Part shown: positions 39,301 to 50,577 of the stretch, one piece after another
How positions within the stretch are numbered: the first letter of the stretch is position 1
Layout: each line of letters opens with the position of its first letter
Origin: Octopus sinensis
Taxonomy: Eukaryota
Assembly: GCF_006345805.1 (NCBI RefSeq)
Contig: NC_042997.1
Coordinates: 212,908,001 to 212,972,000 of the forward strand
Reading direction: 5' to 3'
DNA length: 64,000 nucleotides
Position numbers and translations under genes: made by a program
The notes under the pieces: generated by a model
Seen by the model: only the letters and a program-made list of their open reading frames with translations
The model's database searches: none
What the model was told of the DNA's origin: nothing

Positions 39301-40991
39301 TCTTTTCGCTGTCTGTATTCCTCCCTTAAATTCTTTTAATACTTCGGCTGTTTGGGATACGTTGATTGCTTTCTTATTTTCACCCAGTTACTGATAAAAA
39401 TGCTTTAGCATGAAGTCGAAATGTTTATTCTGTTCAAAAATCGTTGCTGCTTTTCATAAAGAGGGACTCTGCGATTTAGACAGGATTTCTTGTTTCATAC
39501 TTATTTTCCTTTTCCCTTTTTTCAGATGCTCCTTTTCTTTTTTTATGTTGTATTTCTATTGTATTTGTCACTTTTCCATATCGTCTTTTCGTTATCGATT
39601 TCAGTTTGGATTAAACGATCTTTTCTCCTATTTTCTATGTTTTCTTTTGTTTGTCTTTCATGTTTGCTCACCTTTTGATATTTTATTATGAGTTGATCTT
39701 AGGATGTATGATAAATAATTTATAAACTGAAAATGCGATGTAACACACAGAGCTACGTAAATAATTTGACTGTAATCGTATCGTCTGGAAACAAATTTTA
39801 TTAGAAATGTTTCCGATCCACTAATATTGCTTATAACCTAGAATATTATTCAATAAATACAGCAACTACATCGACCGTTCAATATCCAGGAACATATATT
39901 ACTCTTCTGACTTTTACACTACGGTGCAAAATGAAGGAGATAGATTGCTTCCAGAAATATCTTCTTAACAATGTCACCGATCAACTGAGAAGAACATTTA
40001 ACGCAATAAAGTTATTTTGTCATAAAATGCTAACAATGTCACACAGGCCAATGGCTTTTTGGCAAAGAACTTAGGAATAGTTGTGTAGTTCAGGAGTTGA
40101 TTTCGAAGTGCTTGATCTGGGGTTTAATCCAGTTATGCAGCAACTGGGATAAGTGCGTGCTGCCATATCTTGGAGTGGTCCAAACCTTGTAAATAAATGA
40201 GGTTGAACGAAAATGTGTTAATGCCTGTCCAATAGATTGTACTTACTGTACTTGGGCAGAAGACTTAATCTGTCGTTTTCTTTAACATCTCTACAAGGTC
40301 CTCAAGTGGAACCCACTCCAACGCTGACCAAATTTGAACTGACAAAAGTGGAAGATAACCTTTATGCCCAAGAATTCTTTAATTTAAAATGTGTCTTAAT
40401 ATTTCTACCAAAAACCTGGCTGACCCACAATAAACAAAATATATTGCTTTTTGCCATGGCGCAGATAAGTTTTCTTAAACAGGAAAGTAAGATCTTTGGG
40501 AAAATCTACATATTACTGGTACTAGGTAATTTTTTTACATGAATTAGTCAGATAAGGATGGCCCGTGTCCCTCGCTCTTTTCAGGACATCTGAGATCGGA
40601 GATGACTGCTTCAAAGTGGACTTCACTAAAGATACCCAAGGGCGACATGGATGTTAAATCGGATGACAAATTAAAATTTACAAATGATTCTCCAAGAAAG
40701 GAGACAAAGTTAATTCAGGAGAAAACATGGAACTTTAAAGGGTCGAGGCCAAGTCTTTGCTGACTCACTCGGCGGCTCCTTCACTCTCTGCTGTAGGTAG
40801 ATTAAAAACGGTTATATTAACACAATATTCATTCAATTATGATACATTTAAAGTGATGTCATTTAGTACAAATTCGGGTTTGAACGAGCAGGCTATTAAT
40901 CAAAGGCAATCCAAGCATAACCATCCTGCCTTTATTCTGAGAATAGTGTACCTTGAACTACCTTATTCAAATTGTGGTTTGAGGGAGATTT

Positions 40992-41168
40992 ATATTTAAG
41001 AGATGAGGAATTATGTACATTCTTTACTTTATTTACATTTGACAGATATTTGTCCTCATCTTGTTTGTTGTTAACACAACGTTTCAACTGATATACCCTC
41101 CAGCCTTCATCAGGTGTCTTGGGGAAATTTCGAACCTGGGTTCTCATTCCTAAGGTATTTTTCGATGC

Positions 41169-41224
<56 letters not shown>

Positions 41225-41302
41225 TATTCAGGTCACTGTCTGGAATCGAACTCGGAATCTTGGGGTTAGTAGCCCGCGCTCTTAACCACTACGCCATATG
41301 CC
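40992..41302 (-). mobile_element. tRNA-headed SINE-like element with (AAT)n spacer and hammerhead-containing tail
   Basis: A-box TGGCGTAGTGG (41286-41296) and B-box GTTCGATTC (41243-41251), then (AAT)n, then a tail shared with the copy at 41304-41531. Confidence 0.85.
41073..41118 (-). ncRNA. Minimal type I hammerhead ribozyme (Penelope-type)
   Basis: GACAC-CUGAUGA-A-GGCUG(gaggguauau)CAGUU-GAA-ACGU-U^GUGUU. Stem I is GACAC/GUGUU, stem II is GGCUG/CAGUU, and stem III is the palindrome ACGU. Predicted cleavage lies between 41078 and 41077. Confidence 0.8.
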
Positions 41303-41303
41303 T

Positions 41304-41531
41304 ATTCCGAGTTCGATTCCAGGAAGTAACCTGAATAATAATAATAACAACAAAAACAACATCGAAAAATACCTGAGGAATGAGCACTCAGGTTCGAAAT
41401 TTCCCCAAGACACCCGATGAAGGCTGGAGGGCATGTCAGCTGAAAAGGTGTGCAACAAACAAGATGAGGACAAATATCCATCAATTGTAAATAATGTAAA
41501 TAATGTAAATAATTCCTCATCTCTTAAATAT
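41304..41531 (+). mobile_element. 5'-truncated inverted second copy of the hammerhead SINE, with a mutated ribozyme core
   Basis: Starts at ATTCCGAGTTCGATTCC. The core reads CCGAUGA..GAAAAGGUGUG. Confidence 0.85.
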
Positions 41532-41619
41532 TGAACTGAGTTGAATAAATAGGTCAGCATTCGATATTGAATGGAATAAATACAAGTTTTCACTATCATA
41601 AAATGATAACACAATGACA

Positions 41620-41840
41620 GTTTATATTTATTGGTTTCAAATTCTGGCTGAAGGTACCAAGTTCGACGGTGAGGAGTCAATTTCATCCACTCCAGTGTTC
41701 AAATAGTATTTATTTTATTGACCTCGAAAGAATGAAGTGCAAAGGCGACCTCGTCGGAATTTGAACCGAGACCGTAAAGACAAATGAAATGCCGCTAAGC
41801 ATTTTGCTCGGCGTGCTATCGACTCTGCCAGCTTAAGACA
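41620..41840 (-). mobile_element. Degenerate older family-M-related SINE
   Basis: TTGACCTCGAAAGAATGAAGTGCAAAGGCGACCTCG..CTGCCAGCT. Related copies at 47630-47835, 56750-56930 and 60560-60740. Confidence 0.7.
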
Positions 41841-42064
41841 GTCCATAATTCTTTGAGAAGTAGGAAAAATTAGGACGTCTTATCACAAAAGTAACTGACA
41901 TAGCTTTGAGCAGCACCTTGGGTCATTCTAGACAAAAAATGTGAAAGTACCTATCATGGCATTGAGTGACAAAGTTTCGTATAGCACCAGAGGCTGTTTT
42001 GTCAGAGAGTTCAAAACATCAGTTTTCATACCCCCCCCCCAACTAGACTTCACCTCACTTAGTT

Positions 42065-42448
42065 GGGAAGCACTCCGTCGGTTACGACGACGAGGGTTTC
42101 GGTTGATCCGAGTCAACGGAACAGCCTGCTCGTGAAATTAACGTGTAAGTGGCTGAGCACTCCACAGACACGTGTACCCTTAACGTAGTTCTCGGGGATA
42201 TTCAGCGTGACACAGAGAGTGACAAGTCCGGCCCCTTGAAATACAGGTACAACAGAAACGGGAAGTAAGAGTGAGAGAAAGTTGTGGTGAAAGAGTACAG
42301 CAGGGATCACCACCATCCCCTGCCGGAGCCTCGTGGAGCTTTAGGTGTTTTCGCTCAATAAACACTCACAACGCCCGGTCTGGGAATCGAAACTGCGATC
42401 CTACGACCGCGAGTCCGCTGCCCTAACCACTGGGCCATTGCGCCTCCA
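42065..42448 (-). mobile_element. SINE family R tail A with an 11-bp TSD
   Basis: CTCACTTAGTT at 42054-42064 and 42449-42459. Confidence 0.95.
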
Positions 42449-42884
42449 CTCACTTAGTTACACACCAGCTGATTAGACTGGCTGATCCATATTCGCATAG
42501 GTATTAGTGCCTTTTATGGTTATACGGTAGGCCGTGGCCGTGAGCTGGGAAACTGAAGCGCGACGGGTTAGTTTCGGCAGCCACGCTTTACGATCAGATC
42601 TGCATTGCAGGGGAGAGTAGTAAGGGCCAAGAACAAGAGGAAATGGAAGAATGAAATGCAGGAAGTCTGATAATTAAATACAGAAAGGGTGATTAGTTAA
42701 TCAGAAGAAGTGCGGTAATTAAATACAGGAAGTGTGAGAGTTAAATGCAGGAAATGAGGCAGTTCCTACTCCCCTACATCTAGTTCAAGATATATTTCAG
42801 CTCCAGTACTCAATACCTTTTCTCTTCTCTTCTAAAATATCATCCTTTCCCAGTAGTGACTAAATTTCTTTTAACTGTCATACA

Positions 42885-43057
42885 GGCAATCTTTCGTCTC
42901 TAGTAGACCTTTCCGTCGATTTCCGTAAAAAAATTTTTTTTTTTACATATGGGCTTGCGGGAACTTTTGAAGTAATGAGAGCGAAAGAGACTAAGAGAAA
43001 GCGATTGTATGACGAGGGAAGTTCTTTTGAAGTTACCGTGCATGTGAAACATTGATG

Positions 43058-43088
<31 letters not shown>

Positions 43089-43316
43089 TTGATGGGGTGT
43101 GGGAGACAGACAGTATGTTGTGTAAGTGAAGTGCTTCTGTTAGTGTGTGTGAAGAGACAGAGTAATGTGTGAAAGAGAGAGATAACTGAAATTTTTTACT
43201 CGGTGTATGTGTATATGTATGTATATTACTTCAAAAGTTCCCGCAAGCCCATATGTAAAAAAAAAAAAAAATTTACGGAAATCGACGGAAAGGTCTACTA
43301 GAGACGAAAGATCGCC
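42885..43316. mobile_element. MITE with ~92-bp TIRs and an 8-bp TSD, probably Merlin superfamily
   Basis: TIRs at 42885-42976 and 43224-43316 begin GGC(A/G)ATCTTTCGTCTCTAG. GTCATACA is duplicated at 42877-42884 and 43317-43324. Confidence 0.85.
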
Positions 43317-43367
43317 GTCATACACCCATTTGCACCTTGGGAATTGGATTCAAAAGAATTATTTGTT

Positions 43368-43398
<31 letters not shown>

Positions 43399-43479
43399 CA
43401 GTCTAGTGATAATGAGACATGGGTTGGTGATAACCATCTCCCTTGTATACAAAAGGCTGAATATTGGTGAGTTACTGAA

Positions 43480-43660
43480 GTGATCGTACAGGAATGATAT
43501 TACCCGGCGCAGGGAGAAGCTGCTGTGTTATCGTGCATATAATATGTGAATAGATGACTCTGCTGGAAGAAAACTGTGTCATAAGCAGATGAGAATGGAT
43601 AGAACCTAAGGAAGAAATTGAAAGAGGTGGTCCGATCTATTTGAGAGTATTTGGTCGTGA
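43480..43660 (+). mobile_element. Very old RTE-like C-terminal remnant
   Basis: RREKLLCY..GR..KRWSDL resembles the RR..W.GH..GRP..RW.D motif. Confidence 0.3.
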
Positions 43661-44329
43661 AGAGCAAATGATATTGGATTAGGGTGAATAATAAATCTGC
43701 CAAACTGTCAACCTTTCCAACCCCCTTGTTAAAACGAAAGATAAGAAGAATATTAACGACACGATCATTATGAAGCTTGAAAAGTGTTAATAGCAACAGT
43801 ATATTTCTCTTTTATAGCAGTAAAGTTTAATTGATGAGGAAAGCAATTAGTTCTCAAGTGAGTTCGTCACTCACCTCTTTTATCAACAGAATAGTTTAAT
43901 TAACGTTTCCTTGGTAACAAAAAGTTATCAAAATAAATACCAAAATGTTTCCAAAATTATCAGATTTCCTTCTTTTTGTTTTATATTTTATCGGTTAAAA
44001 TTCAGAAATTCTTTTATTTTTCATAGCTATTATCATTTTAAAGTGTTGATCCAAAGTGTTCAGCTAAAAGCCTCTTTGCATCCGTTGGGATTTGAAGAGA
44101 GAATTTAGTTTGAACAGATCCCTCAGCTCTTTTATAATGCAAGTTTCTGCCATGAAAAAGAATGTAACATACTAAACATATTAAATTTAATCATCTGAGA
44201 AACATTCACAGTGTAGTTGAACGATCAATATTAATTCTTTTTTTCATGTGGTTCTGTGATTATGACATGAGAATTGTAAGAGAACAAACACAAGGTCAGA
44301 ACTGACTATAGACTCAATATCAAAGCTAA

Positions 44330-44706
44330 TGTTTAGTGGAAAGTCAGTTTCCAGAAACGGAGACTTGCGCGAACATTTCATGTGACTGATCTTGACAGTA
44401 TTCACTGCGCTCCTGGACTGGTTCATAACCTCGACAAATTCCTCGACTTTGGTCTCGCCTCACATATATTTCCCAACAAACTGCCCCTGCCCTATGCAGA
44501 GACTTAGGTTCCCTCTCAAACTCAGCTTGGCCATGGCAATTAACAAAGCACAAGGTCAGTTGCTGGAAGTTGTCGTTATTAGACCTTCAAACATCGTGCT
44601 TTTCACATGGACAGTGCGTTCCAGAGTTGGCGATCCAGACAACTTATTCATCTATACTCCTGAAAGAAAAACAAAGAATGTCGTCTACAAAGCAGCCCTA
44701 CAGTAG
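44330..44706 (+). mobile_element. Helitron RepHel Pif1-helicase C-terminal pseudogene fragment
   Basis: QRLRFPLKLSLAMAINKAQGQ...SRV...TKNVVYKAAL* matches the Helitron pattern R.QFP..L.FAMTINKSQGQ..SRV..T.N.VY. Confidence 0.88.
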
Positions 44707-45738
44707 TTATTCCTCCACTGCATTCTTCACATCTACGCCAAACTGTAGCCGTTAGCAATCAGACTTCCTGCAAGTATTTCATTGATATTTTGCTTCATTT
44801 TTCTGATTGCTGTTAACAGTACATTACCTTTAACGACCCTTCTTACTTCACGCTCTCTGTTCGCTCATAAGCATGCTCTGGCGTTTATTTTTGTAAATGC
44901 CATTATTCTGTTTGTGCGTTTGATATAAATGTTTGCTTTTCTTTATCATACGTAACATTCATTGAAAACAAGCTTCAATACGGTTATATCAGGCATTACG
45001 AGAAAAATAAGTATATAATACAAAACGCTTCAAGCTAGGTTGGAGCACCCCACAACCCTGTTTATTTAACTATTTCTCAAATTATGTTTGAGTGCATCCA
45101 AATGCACCAGTGAGGATTTTCTACGATATTTGATATTGAAAAAACACCAAAACGTAGGAAATTAAATGGAACATCTTAATATAAGATTGCCTGTTTATTT
45201 ACATGAAATTGAATTTATTGTCATTTTCCTATTTTCAGACGTCTTTCTTTTTTGTAATTAAAATAGTTTGTCTATTTGAAACTAATGTAGCGAAAGATAT
45301 AAATTGCATTTATTCCTCTCAGCTAATTTATTTGTTTGCCATGAAAGAAAATATGCCACCACTACACTCGTAGTACATGTAAGAAAATATATTGTATTAT
45401 CATAATTTGCTTTTCTTCGTTTATATTACGCCTGTTATTCTGTTTATTTAGGCTGTTTATTTTTCAGGATTTTTTATTGAGATGTAATTATTTTCATTTG
45501 GAACATGTCACCTTAATATAGGCATTACTAAGAAAACTGGTGAAGCATTTACTTGTTTTATATTTGATATCTGATGGTTGATTAATTAAGTTCTTTGTAA
45601 ATTAAGAGAAATCGTAATATATTTCACGAACGCAAGTAGTTCAAATTTCAGTTGCCCAATTATTTGTTCTTTCAAGTTCGCTTTTATGAGGTTGGATAAC
45701 ATCATACTTTCTGACAAGTAACAATTATACTGATTTCA

Positions 45739-46105
45739 GGAGGCGCAATGGCCCAGTGGTTAGGGCAGCGGACTCGCGGTCGTAGGATCGCGTTGTGAGT
45801 GTTTATTGAGCGAAAACACCTAAAGCTCCACGTGTCTCCGGCAGGGGATGGTGGTGATCCCCGCTGTACTCTTTCACCACAACTTTCTCTCACTCTTTCT
45901 TCCTGTTTCTGTTGTACCTGTATTTCAAAGGGCCGGCCTTGTCACTCTCTGTGTCACGCTGAATATCCCAGAGAACTACGTTAAGAGTACACGTGTCTGT
46001 GGAGTGCTCAGCCACTTACACGTTAATTTCACGAGCAGGCTGTTCCGTTGATCGGATCAACCGGAACCCTCGTCGTCGTAACCGACGGAGTGCTTCCATC
46101 CATCC
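45739..46105 (+). mobile_element. SINE family R tail A, B-box deleted, with a 12-bp TSD
   Basis: ATACTGATTTCA at 45727-45738 and 46106-46117. The GTTTCGATTCCCAGACCGGGC segment is missing. Confidence 0.93.
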
Positions 46106-46923
46106 ATACTGATTTCAAATTTTGGCACAAGGCCAGCAATTTCAGGATAGACTTTCTTGGATCACAAGTTCTGTCTCAGATTTTACGATAACTAGATGTC
46201 TTTATCGATCTCTGTCATAATTAATACTTTATGAATCTAAGACTTCTACAATACTTTATTCTCAAGCCATTTTTCAAATTGATGACACATTATGTGTCAT
46301 CACTTCTAACAACACACTCTCTTTATTTCATCTTAATCTTGTACACGCAGGCATTATCAACAGGCATACTTATATACCTCAAACCAAATCTATTCTGCTT
46401 CTATGAAGAGAAAGCTTCGAAACAGTTTTCAATTTCAATATCACAACCAGGTCTCCTTCAATAGCAACATGACAATATAGCTACAGATGTGAGTTAAACA
46501 ATCTCGTACCACTCCCTCTCTCTCTCTCTCCTCTCTCTCTCTCTCACTCTAGTCGTTGACAATATTCAATTAAACTTTCAAAAGTCACTACAGACCCAAA
46601 GTCTCTAAATACTTGATAAATGCATATTTAAAGTTTAGCAGCATTTTATCCCAAAGACAAGACTTCTGCTTTACAACTAAAATTATTTCGGTCTTTACAG
46701 TTATTTCTATGTTAAAGTACTTCACATGCGACTATGTCTGCCCATGGAATGCTTTCTGAAGACATTAGACCACGTCCATTCTTTGGTTTCTGGACAAAGG
46801 TTTCCTCACCAGCACACTACAACCACTCACTCACCCGTCTCCTCTTTGTTTCTTCTACCACTGATACAACAACCTCTCCGGCGATTCATGGGTGATAGTT
46901 ACTTCCTCTGCTCTTATTACCAA

Positions 46924-47306
46924 CTAGCAGTATCGCCCGGCGTTGCTCGGGTTTGTAAGGGAAATAACTATAAAGCATTTTTAGAGAGTTATAGCCAAAC
47001 AATAGCAAAAAATGGGGGAAAAAATTATGGTAAATTTTTTTTTGAGTTAAAAAGGTCGAGTTGCGTCCCCTAGACAGTCTGTGGTTTGTGTTTCTGATTC
47101 TCGACCCCATGTCGAATTTATCGATTTTTTTCAGAACTGGGGGAACTTTTCAAAATTTTTGCTGCGTTAGTTTTGAATTATGACATTGGGCTATGTGTGT
47201 GTCAAGTTTCATCAGAATCAGTTGAAAGCCGTGGTCAGGGTGAGGGTACAACCTAACAGACACACAGAAACACACACAGACAAACTGCCGTTTATATATA
47301 GAGAGA
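46924..47306 (-). mobile_element. Non-autonomous Helitron, second subfamily
   Basis: Starts A|TC and ends with the same hairpin and CTAG|T as 7583-7881, but has a different interior. Confidence 0.87.
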
Positions 47307-47629
47307 TTAGTTAGATAAGAGAATAAAAGAGGAGGTAGACATTTTATATCCATGAAATTTAAGAAATTATACTGGAAATCAAACTCCACATTTCCATCAC
47401 ATTCATAAACCGTAATTAATAATTAACGAACATTTTGAAAAATATTTATTTATTTGAGTTGTTTGCCCTCACAAATTTTCAGTTTTTACCTTACATTAGT
47501 ACAGCCTGTGTGTGTGTGTGTGTGTGTGTGTACATGTGCACACATTCTACAAACAACACTCACAAGAAATTAGTTTGACAAGAGCTTGATTGCCTTAAAC
47601 ATTACAGTAATTAATAATTATAGCAATTA

Positions 47630-47835
47630 TTAAAGCAGTGAGCTGGCAGGATCATTAGCAAACAAGGCAAAAAATCCTTAACAGCGGTTTGTTCATCTTT
47701 GTGCTTTTGGTTCAAATTTCATCAATATTGATCCTTTTGGGATCAATAAAATAAGTACCAGTTGAGTACTGGGGTCAACATAATCAACTCTTAACCCAAA
47801 GTTGCTGGCCTTGTGCCAAAATTTGAAATCAATAA
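47630..47835 (+). mobile_element. Degenerate family-M-related SINE
   Basis: GAGCTGGCAGGATCATTAGC..ATAAAATAAGTACCAGTTGAGTACTGGGGTC..GCTGGCCTTGTGCCAAA. Confidence 0.7.
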
Positions 47836-49052
47836 TTACTGAAATTATTCATTCAGTGTTACACATTTTTGTTACAAAAAATAAACATGACCCAAGCTTT
47901 TGCAAACCCAAAGACTTGTGAAGGAAAAACTGTCAAAGGTATCTCACAGCTTTAATTTCATGGAATATTGCACCAAGCCTTGAAACCATTGGGCAATTTT
48001 CTGATTAAGGCAGTTTGATCCTCATCCTTCTCTCCTCAATCAGAATTAGAACTTAGTGTGTCCGATTAATGAGGGCTTCCTGATATCCGGTAGGATTTAT
48101 TCGATAAAATACAGAAAATGATTTACAGAATAAAGACTGCTTGTGTCAAAGACACAATATTTAGAACACTAAAAGATTGCTGTAGTCTACAACTTGTGAT
48201 TATCAGAATATGGAAGAGAGAAGAGGGAGAGAGAGAGAAAGGAAGGCAAGCAAGCAGAGAAAGACAGAAACACAGAGGTGGAGGTAAAGAATGAGAAAGA
48301 GAGAGTGGGAGACAGAGAAATGAGTGAGTGACAGGGAGAGAGGGTGAGACAGAGAAAGAGAGAGACAGAAATGGAATGGGAGACAGCCCAGATTTGGTAA
48401 TCTCTGATGGCAGAGGTCGAGCAGTAAAGTTGAAATTTGTGAAGGATACTTGTTGAGGTTAGTGGACAATGTTGCATTTTTTCAGTAATTCTTGTAAAGA
48501 AAGAGAATAATTCAAAGGTTTTGGTTGCATTAAAAGTTAATTCTTTGGTGGAATCAATTTTAGTAGTTGAGTCTCCTTGCTGATGATGACAATGATAATG
48601 ATGGGAAGAAGAAGGTGGAGGAGAAAAGGGGAACTATTTATGGTTTCAAGTTTGTATTATCTCCCTAATTAAGTTCACTCTGTTATCCTTTAATATGAGT
48701 TTATTAGTTATTTCAAAATTGGAAATATAGGTGCTGACCACCACAATAGATGATCAAAATTTACTCAAAGATTTAGCTTCATTTTCCAATAAATTTAAGA
48801 ATTCTTTGCCAAATAAAATGCAATTTATAATCAGTTGTCGTTGTTAACTGCCAAATCTTATGATAATTGTAGATGAAATGTTTTTTCCCTGGAAAAGTTG
48901 GCCTGAAAATGGAGACGTGCTTCAACAAATTTAGGTTCATCAGCTTTATAAGACAGTCAAAACCACAATAATTCACAGGCCAGTAAGTTTTGGCTTTTAA
49001 CAACATTTAAAAGCATCAACAAGAAACTTGAGACGATGGTCTTCACTTCACT

Positions 49053-49996
49053 TCATTCTGTTGGCTGCTGGTTGCCTCTAAAGACATCATAGCAGAGCTG
49101 TTCTATCTCTAGATCTGGTATTTCACTTGGAGCAGGTTGTCTCATCGAAAATCCCGGTTCTTCTCTATAAATCTCAATCTCTTTCTTTTTCTCATTGCTT
49201 TTGTCAGCTAAAACTTTCTGAATCATGCTGGGTCTTGCTGAAGTTAGTTAGTTAGTTAGTTAGTTAATTTGGCTCAAAAGCAAATAGCAAGGCCATGTAG
49301 GGGGACATGGAGTTAAGTACAGGGTGGTGTTCATGTAAAGAGTTCAGGCCACTTGAGGTCCAGGGAGGCTTTGAACAAAGCGGTCGTTGGCATCTTCACC
49401 ATCTCATCTGGCAGCTTGTTCCACGGATCCGCAACCCGGACGGAGAAAGCTCCTCTCCTTCGATTGAGATGAAATCGTCGCAGGTAGAGCTTTTCGGAAT
49501 GACCCCGCAGCCGACGCTCCAGAGCAGGAGTGAAGAACAGCTCTTTCGAGAGGTTACACTTCCCGCTTATGATGTTGTGGGTGAGAATGAGATCACCACG
49601 GCGGCGGCGTTTTTCAAGAGAATAAAGGTCGAGCGTCCTCAGCCTTTCTTCGTAGGACAAATTTTTGAGACCATGAACCAGGCGGGTAGCCAGCCTCTGG
49701 ACTCTTTCGAGGTGCTGTATGTCTTTGAGGAGATAAGGAGAAGAGGCTTGAATCCCATACTCCAATATGGGTCTCACCAGCGTGACATAGAGTGGCAGGA
49801 ATATGGCTGCTGTGAGCACTCCAAATGACCGTCGAATCGGTTTCCCTAAACTCCACAAACATAAAAGCCATAAGGATTTTATTGTAATTCAATTTACATA
49901 CTTTGAAGGGGAAATTTTTATGAAGCCATTGTTTTCATGTTTCATCACCTTCAGTCTTGGAGGACTCTAAGATACTTCTGACTCACTAAAAGATTT
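49053..49996 (-). pseudogene. Possible small spliced ORF split by the CR1 insertion
   Basis: Exon 49902-49996, a 56-nt GTATGT..TTTAG intron, then GGAAAC|CR1|TTCAGC rejoin in frame to give a 79-aa reading. No homologue recognised. Confidence 0.3.
49243..49839 (-). mobile_element. Young 5'-truncated CR1-clade LINE: uninterrupted ORF2 C-terminus, 3' UTR and (CTAA)n tail
   Basis: LYVTLVRPILEYGIQASSPY..LERVQRLAT..LSYEERL..SLEKRRRRGDLI..FSVRVADPWNKLP is the canonical CR1 C-terminus, with no stops over about 170 codons. Confidence 0.95.
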
Positions 49997-50577
49997 CTAA
50001 AAAAAAAAGACATTTTGAAATGAAAAAATGGTAATGTTAATTATAGCATATTTAATATAGAAAAACCAGGGAATAATCAATTAAAATTATTGCTACAGTG
50101 AGGAGAAAGAATCATTAGTCTCATGATTAACTATAGTCAAGAATGATAGAGGTGGTAACTCTAAACATTTAATGACAAAAATAATTAAAAATAAAATGTA
50201 GACAAGCAATGCTGTGGAGAGAGTGAATGTGATGTTGACAGTAGAAAAACACCTCTGGGCATATTTACTCAGGGAATTGAACCAAGAAGTTCAGTGTCCA
50301 GAATAAAGACTAACTCAAAAGCAAACTTAAAATCTAGCAACAGCAATTCTCAATACAAAGAACTTGTTAAACATTAATAATCTCAGTACAATTTGCTTTC
50401 ATGAGAATTGGTTTCCTTTGTGAAATAAAGAATACAAGATCAATGAGATTCTAAATATTTATTTGACATTAAAGCAGATAATACATTGACCAATTACAAA
50501 ACATTTCATTTCTCTATTTTGTGTGGTTTTTCAATGACAGACGTTGGAACAGCTGTGTTTATAGAATTAGATCATAA

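Noticed and set aside
39385-39435. CTGATAA...GAAATGTT hammerhead-like trace
   Set aside because: The core G8 is absent and stems I and II do not pair convincingly.
49307-49828. 173-aa plus-strand ORF
   Set aside because: It is the antisense shadow of the CR1 ORF2.
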